The translations under genes were made by a program, and so were the position numbers. A stretch of 64,000 bases of DNA from a virus: IMG/VR virus record IMGVR_UViG_3300021387_000700; one strand, 5' to 3'. Within the stretch, counting starts at the first letter, position 1. Each line of letters starts with the position of its first letter. The notes under the pieces were generated by a model. That model ran no database searches. It was not told the origin of the DNA and was given only the letters and a program-made list of their open reading frames with translations. Below are positions 43,351 to 52,490 of this stretch, in pieces.

Positions 43351-44220
43351 ATGGCAGAAGAAAAGAAAGCTACGGGATTGAAATTGTTCAATCAAACAAT
43401 CACCAACCCGTCAACACAAAAGTATCTCTCAGATGTTCTTGGCGAGCGCAAGGGTTCATTCGTAAATAACCTTACTGCGCTTGTGGCAAACAACGCCATG
43501 TTGCAGGATTGCGAGCCTTACACGCTTATGTTTGCGGCTATGAAGGCTACAGCCTTGAACTTGCCGCTTGACAACTCACTTGGATTTGCATACGTTTTGC
43601 CTTACAAGGATAACAAGAAAGGCATTACGGTAGCGCAGTTCCAATTGGGCTACAAGGGTGTTAAGCAGCTGGCATTGCGAAGCGGTTCGTTCGCTACCAT
43701 TCCCAACGCCACCGACGTCCGTGAGGGCGAGCTTATCAGCCGCAACCGCTTGACTGGCGAGTGTAAATTCAACTTCATAGAGGATGCCGATGAGCGCGAA
43801 TCTAAACCCGTTATAGGATTTGTTTCGTATTTCAAGCTCCTTAACGGCGCAGAATCCACATTCTACATGTCGCTCAAGGAGATGGAAAAGCACGCCCTGC
43901 GTTATTCACAGACCTACCGTTCAAAGGATAGCCGCATCAAGGCTGCATCAAAATGGACGACGGACTTTAACGACATGGCCTGCAAGACGGTTGTTAAGCT
44001 GAATCTTTCAAAGAACGCCCCGCTATCCGTAGAGATGCAGGATGCCTTGAAAGCAGACCAAGCAATCATGTATGAGCGTGACAAGTACGAATACTTGGAT
44101 AACGAGCAGACGGAGGTCGATATGGCAAAGGCGCAGGCCGTAGCCGAAAAATTCGCTGGTTTCGATAACGCAGAAGATGTGACCGACCAAGGTGACGGTA
44201 ATGCTAACGGTAATAAATAA
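43351..44220 (+). CDS. recT: RecT-family single-strand annealing recombinase
   Basis: 289 aa. ...FAAMKATALNLPLDNSLGFAYVLPYKD...AQFQLGYKGVKQLALRSG is typical of the RecT core. Confidence 0.7.
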   Translation: MAEEKKATGLKLFNQTITNPSTQKYLSDVLGERKGSFVNNLTALVANNAMLQDCEPYTLMFAAMKATALNLPLDNSLGFAYVLPYKDNKKGITVAQFQLGYKGVKQLALRSGSFATIPNATDVREGELISRNRLTGECKFNFIEDADERESKPVIGFVSYFKLLNGAESTFYMSLKEMEKHALRYSQTYRSKDSRIKAASKWTTDFNDMACKTVVKLNLSKNAPLSVEMQDALKADQAIMYERDKYEYLDNEQTEVDMAKAQAVAEKFAGFDNAEDVTDQGDGNANGNK

Positions 44221-44225
44221 GTGTT

Positions 44226-44438
44226 ATGAGTCACGGATTGGAGATACTACATTCGCATAGTGGGCTTGAGCGGGACTTAAAGTTCCCCAAGCACACCGTG
44301 CTTATTGATGCAAAATTCGTGCATCTGTTCAACAAAGATGCGGCTATTGCTTTCCGATATGGCGGTATTGACTATTTCAAGGTCAATATCCTGCAATTCG
44401 TAAGGAACGGAGGCGTATTCAAAAATCTAAATTCATAG
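44226..44438 (+). CDS. hypothetical small protein
   Basis: 70 aa. Confidence 0.4.
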   Translation: MSHGLEILHSHSGLERDLKFPKHTVLIDAKFVHLFNKDAAIAFRYGGIDYFKVNILQFVRNGGVFKNLNS

Positions 44439-44443
44439 TAAAA

Positions 44444-44854
44444 ATGGTAAATAACGATTCTAAGCGTTTTCTGTTCGCGGACTGGAATAGTTGGCGGGCT
44501 TACATGGAAAAAGCCGTTGTAGGCTTTGCAAAGGGCTTTATTTCTATTCTGTACGCCATCTTTGTAGGTATCGCAACGCTCTTGTATAACGCTTTCATGG
44601 CTTTCAAGGCGTTTGTGGTGAAATATCCCGTTCATTCGCTTGCTGCACTTTGCGTTATCCTTTCGGTTGTACTTATGTTCAATTACATTCGTTTCAGCGT
44701 GAAGGCGAAAACGGCAGAGGCACAGCGCGACAGCATCGGTTATGAGCTTTACAAGATAGAGCAGGCTCTTGGCGGTGATACTATTATCATCGGAGGTAAG
44801 ACTAAGAAACAGAATTATCAGAAAACAAAACAGAAAGAAGAAAATGAAGACTGA
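44444..44854 (+). CDS. hypothetical membrane protein
   Basis: 136 aa with two hydrophobic helices and a K/Q/E-rich tail. Confidence 0.45.
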   Translation: MVNNDSKRFLFADWNSWRAYMEKAVVGFAKGFISILYAIFVGIATLLYNAFMAFKAFVVKYPVHSLAALCVILSVVLMFNYIRFSVKAKTAEAQRDSIGYELYKIEQALGGDTIIIGGKTKKQNYQKTKQKEENED

Positions 44855-45155
44855 CGATAGATTGGAGAAAGTAGGTGGCATCCGAGGCCGTGCCTATGTA
44901 ATGTTCGGTGGCAAGGTTGCACTTGGCACTTTCAACGACGGGGAGCGTTTCGGCGGTATTGCCTTTGCGGAGCTTCTTGACAAGAAAAACGTCGGCGACG
45001 ATGTTTCCAACAAGGAGCATTACGAGGCGCAGGTTTATATCGAGGTGAAAAGCCTTGATTCGTTGCAGGCGTTACGCGATGTGCTGGATATGTGCGAAAG
45101 CCAGCTCAAAGAGCAAATCGAGAAAGACCGTGCTAACACGGAAACAAAACAATAA
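44844..45155 (+). CDS. hypothetical protein
   Basis: Start taken at ATG 44844 (MKTDDRLEKVGG...). Confidence 0.4.
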   Translation: MKTDDRLEKVGGIRGRAYVMFGGKVALGTFNDGERFGGIAFAELLDKKNVGDDVSNKEHYEAQVYIEVKSLDSLQALRDVLDMCESQLKEQIEKDRANTETKQ

Positions 45156-45179
45156 TCATCTTAAAACGTTCACGAAAAT

Positions 45180-45962
45180 ATGGAAACAAAGGATTTTGAC
45201 AAGAATACCCAATTAAAGCTTTTCCTTTTGGATAAGTTCGGTATCGCAGATGATTTGAAAACCATTGATTTCTGCGAAAGAGCCTATAAGTTCTTGATGC
45301 AGGGTGATATGATGGTCTACAAGGGCTTGGACGAGAAAGACAATGTTCTCGTTGAGCGTATGCCACCCGTTGTTAGCGGTAAACCGAAGGAGTTTATCCG
45401 TGAGCAAGCCTTGGATGGTGTGTATCTTATCTATGAGCAGCGTGACGGTGACAAGATTAACCGCTGGTGTGAGCCTTTCGATGGCACAAACAGCAAGGAA
45501 TATGCCGTAGCCGTAGCGTTTAAGTTCGGGCAGGTATCGCTTATCCTTTACCGTAACAATATCCGCGACTGCAAAATGACCACCGAAAAGGATGGTGATA
45601 GTGCAAACTATATCACGTCCTATGCACAAGCAGCACATGATTTCAACGGCAAACGCTGGACGGAATTGCTTATCAAGCGCAAGCTTTCTTGTGCAGGCCA
45701 GCTCCCGTTTGAATACCCCGAATGGTATATCCCCGCAATCGGCGAATTGTACGTCATGTTTCTTATGAAAACGTACATCAACGATGCGCTGGAGTACATC
45801 GGTGCAGAGCCTCTTGAAGATAAATGGTATTGGAGCAGTACGGAGTACTCTGCCACGAATGCTTGGCATCTGGGTTTCGGCGATGGCTACTTCAGCGGCT
45901 ACGACAAGACGCATGAGGGCTTAGTTCGCCCCGTGTCCGCATTTAACCCCTTATCCCTTTAA
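45180..45962 (+). CDS. DUF1566 (Lcl C-terminal-like) domain protein
   Basis: 260 aa. The C-terminus WYIPAIGELYVMF...KWYWSSTEYSATNAWHLGFGDGYFSGYDKTHEGLVRPVSAF fits the DUF1566 pattern. Confidence 0.5.
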   Translation: METKDFDKNTQLKLFLLDKFGIADDLKTIDFCERAYKFLMQGDMMVYKGLDEKDNVLVERMPPVVSGKPKEFIREQALDGVYLIYEQRDGDKINRWCEPFDGTNSKEYAVAVAFKFGQVSLILYRNNIRDCKMTTEKDGDSANYITSYAQAAHDFNGKRWTELLIKRKLSCAGQLPFEYPEWYIPAIGELYVMFLMKTYINDALEYIGAEPLEDKWYWSSTEYSATNAWHLGFGDGYFSGYDKTHEGLVRPVSAFNPLSL

Positions 45963-45995
45963 ATTCTTATCCCTTTATCAATTTATCGAAAAATT

Positions 45996-46394
45996 ATGAT
46001 TATGGAACATTTAGTTATTCTTTTGATTATCGTTGGTGTTATTGATGTAGTTTTCAGCACCATTTCCCATTTCCGCAACATCAAAAACGACGATTTGGGT
46101 AAGCAGTTCTTGGAAACAACGAAAGCGTTTAACCAAGAAAAGGAGCAGTTCCGTACCCAGCTTGAAATTAAGGACACTATCATTGCCGCCTTGCGTGACA
46201 AAAACGCGAGGCAAATCAATTATGATGTTGTCCGCGTAAACGCCATAATCGCCGCTATGCAGGGTATTCTTTCCAATCCTAAACGCGAATGGAAGGAGTT
46301 CTATAAAGAGGATATTGTCGGTAACGCCATATCTTATGCGGACTACCTTGTTGAAACGCTCAAAAAGCAGGAAGAAAACGAAGAGAAAAAATAA
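45996..46394 (+). CDS. hypothetical membrane-anchored coiled-coil protein
   Basis: 132 aa with the N-terminal TM segment HLVILLIIVGVIDVVF. Confidence 0.45.
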   Translation: MIMEHLVILLIIVGVIDVVFSTISHFRNIKNDDLGKQFLETTKAFNQEKEQFRTQLEIKDTIIAALRDKNARQINYDVVRVNAIIAAMQGILSNPKREWKEFYKEDIVGNAISYADYLVETLKKQEENEEKK

Positions 46395-46413
46395 TCTTTA
46401 ATGGCTTTGTGAT

Positions 46414-46563
46414 ATGGATTATACGCAATGCTACTGCTATGAGTGCAAGTTGTGTCAGTTTGATGTCTTTGGGAGGGCTATATGCCTTTCCAAAGACACA
46501 GAAACGGGCTACTATCAAAAGGCATGTCCCGAGTTTGACGATAGATACGAAAATAATACATAG
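46414..46563 (+). CDS. hypothetical Cys-rich mini-protein (49 aa)
   Basis: Own translation: MDYTQCYCYECKLCQFDVFGRAICLSKDTETGYYQKACPEFDDRYENNT*. It ends just before ATG 46566, so I prefer it to the overlapping track ORF 46409..46624. Confidence 0.35.
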   Translation: MDYTQCYCYECKLCQFDVFGRAICLSKDTETGYYQKACPEFDDRYENNT

Positions 46564-46565
46564 TT

Positions 46566-46988
46566 ATGGGAAAGAAAGAAGATTACGAAAAGCTTATTGG
46601 CCGCAAGTTCAGACCTACTTTTAAATCTAATATCGACCATTACGAGATTCGTGGTTACGACGATGCAACGGAAATGGTGTTTACAAGGGTATATCCGCTT
46701 GACGGTACGCCTTTTGATGATAAGATAGAGGAAAAGTACCTTATTGGCGCGTTTGAAACGGGCGATTACGAGGTTTGTGATATGCCGCATTTCCCCGATG
46801 AGCAGAAAACTTTCGTGTTGCACAACTACCACATGCCGCCTGCTCCTAAACCGCGTACAAGGCTGTTTAACGCCCCTTCATGCGACCGCTGTGTGCATCG
46901 TTTCGGTACTACAAGTAATCGCGAATGGTGTACTAAGCACGTTGGAAACGAGAAGTGTTATAGATTTAAACTTGATACAAAGACATGA
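46566..46988 (+). CDS. hypothetical protein
   Basis: 140 aa. Confidence 0.5.
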   Translation: MGKKEDYEKLIGRKFRPTFKSNIDHYEIRGYDDATEMVFTRVYPLDGTPFDDKIEEKYLIGAFETGDYEVCDMPHFPDEQKTFVLHNYHMPPAPKPRTRLFNAPSCDRCVHRFGTTSNREWCTKHVGNEKCYRFKLDTKT

Positions 46989-47164
46989 GTACCGTAATTG
47001 GCCGCAAGTGCAAGGATTGCCACCATTTCAAAAACAATTGGTTGTGATTGGAAAGGAACATCAAGGCGTGGCACAAGTACAGAATGTGATGATGGTTGGT
47101 GCGACCCAAAACAATTTAAAGATAGTTAGTTTATGGCGACAAAGAATTAAAAACAAAAAGGTGT

Positions 47165-47425
47165 ATGAAAAGTATAAAAGAGAAGGCCGAAGAGTACGGT
47201 TATACAAATTGGCAGTCTGACGATTATCACGAAGGCGCAAGCGAGGGTTTGGAGTTTGACCCGATAGGTCATACTCAGAAATCTTTTGAGGCGGGTGCAA
47301 ATTATGTGCTTGAATGTTTAGAACGTGCGATAGGGTTAAACGAATCAACATTTGTTTATAGTCGCGAAAAGTATATAAAAGTTCAAGTTCTTAATGAATT
47401 TATTGAAAAAATAAGAGTAAAATAA
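47165..47425 (+). CDS. hypothetical protein
   Basis: 86 aa. Confidence 0.4.
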   Translation: MKSIKEKAEEYGYTNWQSDDYHEGASEGLEFDPIGHTQKSFEAGANYVLECLERAIGLNESTFVYSREKYIKVQVLNEFIEKIRVK

Positions 47426-47461
47426 TTATTGTTTGATTCAAAGAAACTAAAATAATAAAGT

Positions 47462-47872
47462 ATGAAAGCAAACGAATTGATGATTGGTGATTGGGTCGAA
47501 TGTGTTGACTCTACCCATAAGAAAAAAGTATATGCCAAAGTTTGTGCAATAGAAGAAGGTCAAACCTGTATATTAGTGGAAAAAGATTGTAGCAATTGGT
47601 TCTTGGATATATCTTTTCTTGCGCCAATACAGATTACTCCTAAAATTCTTGAAAAGAATGGGTTTAGAATAACTTTTGAGGGCGAGCTACATAAAACGTA
47701 TTTCCAAGATATTGATGGCTTTGCAGTAGAGATTAAAATTGATTGCATCGGATTCACAAAACTTTCAATGTCAAACGGACTTGGTTATAAAGTTGTTGTT
47801 GAATGTAAACATGTTCACAAGCTCCAGCATGCATTAAGACTTTGTGGAATCGAAAAAGAAGTTGTGTTATGA
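47462..47872 (+). CDS. hypothetical protein
   Basis: 136 aa. Confidence 0.5.
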   Translation: MKANELMIGDWVECVDSTHKKKVYAKVCAIEEGQTCILVEKDCSNWFLDISFLAPIQITPKILEKNGFRITFEGELHKTYFQDIDGFAVEIKIDCIGFTKLSMSNGLGYKVVVECKHVHKLQHALRLCGIEKEVVL

Positions 47873-48093
47873 AGGAAGAAGTTGTAAAATGTGATAAATG
47901 TGGTAAAGATATTTCGCCCAAAAAGTTAATATATGGGTGTAGTAGCCATATCAAATTTACACTGGAATACTGGCACGGTGGTAGTATTGGTGGAGAAGAG
48001 GACAGAGACCACTTCGACCTCGACCTATGTGATGATTGTTCAAGAGAGTTATCTTATATGATTAAAAAATGGATTAAAGAAAATAAGAAATGA
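47869..48093 (+). CDS. hypothetical zinc-ribbon protein
   Basis: Start at ATG 47869. MKEEVVKCDKCGK...LCDDCSRE has CxxC...CxxC. Confidence 0.4.
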   Translation: MKEEVVKCDKCGKDISPKKLIYGCSSHIKFTLEYWHGGSIGGEEDRDHFDLDLCDDCSRELSYMIKKWIKENKK

Positions 48094-48425
48094 AACGGAG
48101 AATCAAAAAGAAAGCGTATGATTGTGCGCACCATGTTTATGACGATTTTCTTGTAACAGACGACCCATACCCAATACACAACACAGAAGATTATTGCAAG
48201 TTGGGTAAATACGATAACACTTGGTTAGCACCCGAAAAGAAAGTAAGTCTGTGCGAGCATTGTAAGCGTTTCTGTGCAAGCCGTCCTATGATACGCAAGC
48301 AACGTGAAAGAAAAGCCTTTCTTAAAGAGGTTGAGCGTGATTGGAATAGAAACTATTGCGCGGCTGTCCGTGCTGGTGTCGCACAAGAAGATAATGGTGC
48401 ATTTAATTTTGATTTGGTATTATGA
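48090..48425 (+). CDS. hypothetical protein
   Basis: 111 aa. Its start overlaps the upstream stop. Confidence 0.45.
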   Translation: MKRRIKKKAYDCAHHVYDDFLVTDDPYPIHNTEDYCKLGKYDNTWLAPEKKVSLCEHCKRFCASRPMIRKQRERKAFLKEVERDWNRNYCAAVRAGVAQEDNGAFNFDLVL

Positions 48426-48559
48426 AAGTAATGCGTTGTAAGAAACTTGGCGGGAGGAAAGTGCCACGAAGCTGTCACGTTCTCAATGGACGTAAAGATT
48501 ACTGCGAGAGCTTGTTTGAAACTGATGAAAAAGAAGAATTAATAATAATAGATTGAATT

Positions 48560-49063
48560 ATGAAAAAGATATATCAAAGAATAGACGACCCGCGACATGG
48601 AGATTGTTATAAATGTGCGATTGCCAGCATCCTTGATTTGGAATACGAGGACGTACCTCATTTTATCGAATTCGGTGAGGATTGGTTGCTTGAGGCACAA
48701 AAGTTTTTCAAGGAACACGGCTACGACTATTCGGGAAAGGAACTTTATAACCCCCGTGTTGCGTTTCTTGAAAACCCGACATGGAATGTTTGGGAGAATG
48801 TATGGCCAGTCGACCATTGTACGTTTAATGCACTTACGCCCGACATGGGAATCGACGGATTGTTTCTTGCATCGGTCTATTCACCAAAGTACACCAATCC
48901 GAACGAGCATCCGATTGAACACTTGCATAGCGTTTTGTGCGACATTGATTTTAATATAGTTTTTGACCCGCAAAAAGAATATGAAAAGGTCGTAAACTAT
49001 CCATACTCTCGTCTTATTGACTACAACGGAATACGTTCAATAGATATAATCAAGAAATTGTAG
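48560..49063 (+). CDS. hypothetical protein, possibly a papain-like (C39-like) cysteine peptidase fold
   Basis: 167 aa. GDCYKCAIASIL is a candidate nucleophile Cys context, with a later HSVLC. The resemblance is weak. Confidence 0.25.
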   Translation: MKKIYQRIDDPRHGDCYKCAIASILDLEYEDVPHFIEFGEDWLLEAQKFFKEHGYDYSGKELYNPRVAFLENPTWNVWENVWPVDHCTFNALTPDMGIDGLFLASVYSPKYTNPNEHPIEHLHSVLCDIDFNIVFDPQKEYEKVVNYPYSRLIDYNGIRSIDIIKKL

Positions 49064-49064
49064 T

Positions 49065-49289
49065 ATGAAAGCAAACGCACCCGAGAAGATATGGATTAAC
49101 CAGTCCGACCTGCCAAAGTTAAGCGGGTATATAGACAGGAATAGCATTGAGTACACTCGTACTGATGCCTTTATAGAGAAGGCAAAGAAATGGTTTGAGA
49201 AGCAAAATGAATGGCATGACATAAATGGTATGAAGCATTGTGATATAGAAGATTTTGAGAATTTTAAAAACTATATGAAAGGAGGGTAA
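49065..49289 (+). CDS. hypothetical protein
   Basis: 74 aa. Confidence 0.4.
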   Translation: MKANAPEKIWINQSDLPKLSGYIDRNSIEYTRTDAFIEKAKKWFEKQNEWHDINGMKHCDIEDFENFKNYMKGG

Positions 49290-49292
49290 TGT

Positions 49293-49430
49293 ATGGCTGG
49301 TATAATTAAGTGCCCAAAATGCGGTAAGAACATGCTAATCAGTAAGAAAGTTATTGAAACGGGGAAACATAAGGGTGAACACCTTGTTTCTTGCTTTAAG
49401 TGTGGATATAAGACGTATGTAAAATATTGA
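49293..49430 (+). CDS. hypothetical zinc-ribbon mini-protein (45 aa)
   Basis: Own translation: MAGIIKCPKCGKNMLISKKVIETGKHKGEHLVSCFKCGYKTYVKY*. It is preceded by GGAGGG. Confidence 0.4.
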   Translation: MAGIIKCPKCGKNMLISKKVIETGKHKGEHLVSCFKCGYKTYVKY

Positions 49431-49435
49431 TAGTT

Positions 49436-49708
49436 ATGGAACTTTTACAACAACTTCAAGAATTGGCATTGTGCCTGCTGGTTTGGTATATCATACCAAC
49501 GGCAATATGCGTTATCTTTGCTTTCGTGTATCACCACGAAAACCCGTTTAAGAAAGATAACACGAATACACGTACCTATGTGTTTGCACCCGTAGCAAAC
49601 ATCGGTATCGCTCTTATTATCATTTTTGCGCTTATCCCAATGGAGGCGTATTGGTTCATCAGAAAGAAAATAAAAAAGTTCATATCATGGAAGAAAAGGG
49701 AATTTTAG
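49436..49708 (+). CDS. hypothetical membrane protein
   Basis: Start at ATG 49436, with two hydrophobic helices. Confidence 0.4.
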   Translation: MELLQQLQELALCLLVWYIIPTAICVIFAFVYHHENPFKKDNTNTRTYVFAPVANIGIALIIIFALIPMEAYWFIRKKIKKFISWKKREF

Positions 49709-50451
49709 AGCTAAAGGAATCATCGGTTATCGCCGACGATATTGAAAAGAAAATACGTACCGTCGGCGTTCGCGGCCTTGATTTCGAGAAGGCAAAGGAG
49801 CTTGGCCTCTTTAACCGTATATCAAATCTGCTTTGTGCCACACATGCAAGTGTTATGGCCGCTTACCGCATATACGGTGGTGTTGATTATCTTGTAGACC
49901 AGCTTCAAGCCCGCAAGAATGAAATATCGCGGGAAATGAATATGTTCGACAAGGCTTTCGAGCGTTTCGTAAAGTTTTGGACTGACTATTATGCACACGG
50001 TGATGCTGCACGCGAGGTAAACGAAGAGACAGAGATGCTTTATCGTCGTATCATGGAATGGGCGCAGCTGCCTTATAAATGGGGACTTGGTGACCCGCAG
50101 CGCACAGAGGATAACAGCCTTGATGTCGCCATCCGCGTAAACGCCGATGATAAGCAGTACACATTCAGAACTACAACTATCGGCGACGAGGATATTGACG
50201 AATCTAAGACAACAGAGTCTTGGTGCGTTACAAAATACGATACCAAGGAGCATCGTCAAACAACCGTCGAGGAACGTATGGATAAGGCATCGGCCATGAT
50301 GGTTGCAAAACGCCTTTCGGCAGAGGATGCGGAAAATATCTATACCGCCAGCATAGTGCGTGACTACACGGAGCACAAGACGGTTATTATGCCATACAAG
50401 GCTTATAAAGCTAACGAAACCGTAGGACGTCTAACCAAAATGCAGAAATAA
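49687..50451 (+). CDS. hypothetical protein
   Basis: Start taken at ATG 49687 (MEEKGILELK...), 254 aa. Confidence 0.5.
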   Translation: MEEKGILELKESSVIADDIEKKIRTVGVRGLDFEKAKELGLFNRISNLLCATHASVMAAYRIYGGVDYLVDQLQARKNEISREMNMFDKAFERFVKFWTDYYAHGDAAREVNEETEMLYRRIMEWAQLPYKWGLGDPQRTEDNSLDVAIRVNADDKQYTFRTTTIGDEDIDESKTTESWCVTKYDTKEHRQTTVEERMDKASAMMVAKRLSAEDAENIYTASIVRDYTEHKTVIMPYKAYKANETVGRLTKMQK

Positions 50452-50452
50452 C

Positions 50453-50686
50453 ATGGCAGCACCTATCACAAATTGGGTTCACGAAAAAGGCGTAGTGACC
50501 GAAAAAGACCGTATTGCGCTGGAACGTGCGCAGCGTATCGAGAAAAAGCAGGAGAAAATGGGTTACAGATGGTATAAAATCAATGAACGAAACAAGATTT
50601 TCATTCCATTTGGCAAAGACGGTAAGCCCACCAAGGAAGGCTATGCGGCCATTGAGCGTTATAAAGCATGTTTGGGGATAAAATAA
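50453..50686 (+). CDS. hypothetical protein
   Basis: 77 aa. Confidence 0.4.
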   Translation: MAAPITNWVHEKGVVTEKDRIALERAQRIEKKQEKMGYRWYKINERNKIFIPFGKDGKPTKEGYAAIERYKACLGIK

Positions 50687-50729
50687 CGTTAAAGTATATA
50701 AAATATTTGGTATATTACAAATTACTTTG

Positions 50730-50737
50730 TATCTTTG
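50730..50737 (+). promoter_or_regulatory. rightward promoter TTTGGTATAT...TATCTTTGCACC
   Basis: The -33-like TTTG lies at 50707-50710. It has the same architecture as the 27393 and 38315 promoters. Confidence 0.55.
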
Positions 50738-50770
50738 CACCGTTGTTTAATTCATTAAAAACGTTACAAT

Positions 50771-51478
50771 ATGAATATCAAGTTTGAAAAAGAGGTTTGC
50801 GCATATCTTAATCTGCCAAAACTCCCCGTGAAGGAATGGGATGGTGAAAGTGCGTTTGACAAAGGTGTTGCTATCATCAAGCTCGCGTTTAATGAAACCG
50901 CCTACGCCGTTGCCCGCTTTAATCCCGAAAAGGAGAAAGCACCCAGCATTACCAAGGTGTTCGGCCAAGAGCCTTTCTATGGCATCGAAAAGGTGTTTAT
51001 CGTTCCCGACTATATGGAAACAAATGTAGAGGACGCCGACCTTGACGAAGAGTCAAAGAAAAAGGCTGCTGAACTTGCTAATGAGGCCGCTGAAATCGAG
51101 AACGATGGTACTAAGGCGCATATTGATTTGCCAGATAACCCGTACTATTTCGATAACATCACCAACGACGAGGAGGCTATTGCCTTTATTGCCGCATACA
51201 ATCAGAAAAACGGTATTCGCGGCCAAGTTCCCAAGAAGCACGAAACCATCCTTAACCGCCTGCTTGTTATCTACATGGAACAGCGCAAGGCAGCTGGCGT
51301 TGATGATGCACCTGCTGGAGCACAAGACGACGCTAACGCAGAAACCGAAACCGAACACCAAGAGCCCGATAACACCGCTGCACCCGAAGATGAAACCGAA
51401 GGCACGCAGGATGAGCATGGTGACGACACACAAGAGCCTGCCGCTGGCGGTGAGGATGAAAACGGTAACGGTGAGTAA
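50771..51478 (+). CDS. hypothetical protein with extremely acidic C-terminal third
   Basis: 235 aa. The tail reads ...DDAPAGAQDDANAETETEHQEPDNTAAPEDETEGTQDEHGDDTQEPAAGGEDENGNGE. Confidence 0.5.
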   Translation: MNIKFEKEVCAYLNLPKLPVKEWDGESAFDKGVAIIKLAFNETAYAVARFNPEKEKAPSITKVFGQEPFYGIEKVFIVPDYMETNVEDADLDEESKKKAAELANEAAEIENDGTKAHIDLPDNPYYFDNITNDEEAIAFIAAYNQKNGIRGQVPKKHETILNRLLVIYMEQRKAAGVDDAPAGAQDDANAETETEHQEPDNTAAPEDETEGTQDEHGDDTQEPAAGGEDENGNGE

Positions 51479-51500
51479 TGGCTGGTAACGGGTAAGTTCT

Positions 51501-51647
51501 ATGGATTACGAATATCACAAACTTAAATCCCAGCTTGCTATACTAAAGGACGTGGCCGAGATTTACCCGACCGCGTCCTTACCTAACGCAATTCAACAGA
51601 TAGAATCAAGAATAAAAAACATAGAAGAAAAAAGAAACATTTTTTAG
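51501..51647 (+). CDS. hypothetical small protein (48 aa)
   Basis: Own translation: MDYEYHKLKSQLAILKDVAEIYPTASLPNAIQQIESRIKNIEEKRNIF*. Confidence 0.3.
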   Translation: MDYEYHKLKSQLAILKDVAEIYPTASLPNAIQQIESRIKNIEEKRNIF

Positions 51648-51648
51648 T

Positions 51649-52326
51649 ATGGGAAACAATTCAGTAACAAAAGGCGACCTCGAACGCCGTATGCGCAATG
51701 CACTTGTGCTTGTACCGAAAGACAAGGACTACATGGGTGTGTATTTCGATGATAAGGGTTTACGCCTTGAGGTAACATCTGATTTCGCCGTTATCTCTAC
51801 GGGATTCCATAAGCATGTGTTCACGAACTTTACGGCACAAGGCGTTTCGCGCCCGTATCTTTACACAAAGCGTTTCATTGAGATTGCACTCGCCAACGAC
51901 TGCACCATCAAGGATGCAAAGGGTAACGTTACCCGTTCCTACGGCAAGCTGCTTGGAATCCTCAAGGAAAAGGAAGACCAAAAGGAGTTTCAAGTCGCTT
52001 GGTACATCGACCTTTGGTTCAATAATATTTTTCATCCGCTGTACGGCATCGGCGAATCGGAGGCCGAGTCGTTCCTCGTTTACGAGTCCTACCTCCACAA
52101 TATCGCACGTAATAAGATTATCATGTCGGAGAAGATTAACGATATGACTAACCTTGACTTTATCGACGCTGTTATGCAGGAGGTTAAGGCTTTCACCGAG
52201 GGTATGGATAAGCGCACCATCTTCAAGAAGAAAACCGACGAGGAGATGATGCAGGAAAACATTGAGGCGGCAGCGGCACAGCAGTCTGAAAAAGCTATGG
52301 AGGAGCAAAGCCATGACGCAAACTAA
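51649..52326 (+). CDS. hypothetical protein
   Basis: 225 aa. Confidence 0.5.
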   Translation: MGNNSVTKGDLERRMRNALVLVPKDKDYMGVYFDDKGLRLEVTSDFAVISTGFHKHVFTNFTAQGVSRPYLYTKRFIEIALANDCTIKDAKGNVTRSYGKLLGILKEKEDQKEFQVAWYIDLWFNNIFHPLYGIGESEAESFLVYESYLHNIARNKIIMSEKINDMTNLDFIDAVMQEVKAFTEGMDKRTIFKKKTDEEMMQENIEAAAAQQSEKAMEEQSHDAN

Positions 52327-52483
52327 CGAACAATACGAAATGCTAAGTGTGTCCGATGTGGCAAAGAAACTTGGCGTTACATCGCAGACGGTCTACAATC
52401 AGATTAAGGCTGGCATGTGGGAAACGCAGGAGTTCAAGCGCGGACAATACAAAGGCATACTCGTGAAATACCCGATAAAATAG
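52313..52483 (+). CDS. small HTH DNA-binding protein (excisionase/MerR-like HTH_17 pattern)
   Basis: Start at ATG 52313. LSVSDVAKKLGVTSQTVYNQIKAGMW fits the pattern. Confidence 0.5.
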   Translation: MTQTNEQYEMLSVSDVAKKLGVTSQTVYNQIKAGMWETQEFKRGQYKGILVKYPIK

Positions 52484-52490
52484 ATGCGGT

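Noticed and set aside
45213-45914. 233-aa minus-strand ORF antisense to the DUF1566 gene. The same applies to 58812-59492 (226 aa), 16532-17143 (203 aa, plus strand), 49822-50376 and 51760-52314.
   Set aside because: Each is a mirror frame of a sense ORF that carries recognisable motifs or fits the operon. None has an independent promoter or start context.
46985-47164. Possible frameshifted zinc-ribbon gene. MSTVIGRKCKDCHHFKNNWL* in one frame is followed by ...TECDDGWCDPKQFKDS* in another.
   Set aside because: It is suggestive of a CxxC...CxxxxC protein broken by an indel. The pieces are very short, I see no slippery site, and I cannot exclude coincidence, so I left it unannotated.
48505-48535. 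CTGATGA...GAAA-like string resembling a hammerhead ribozyme core.
   Set aside because: No flanking helices I, II or III can be drawn, and it lies within or at the end of a small coding region.
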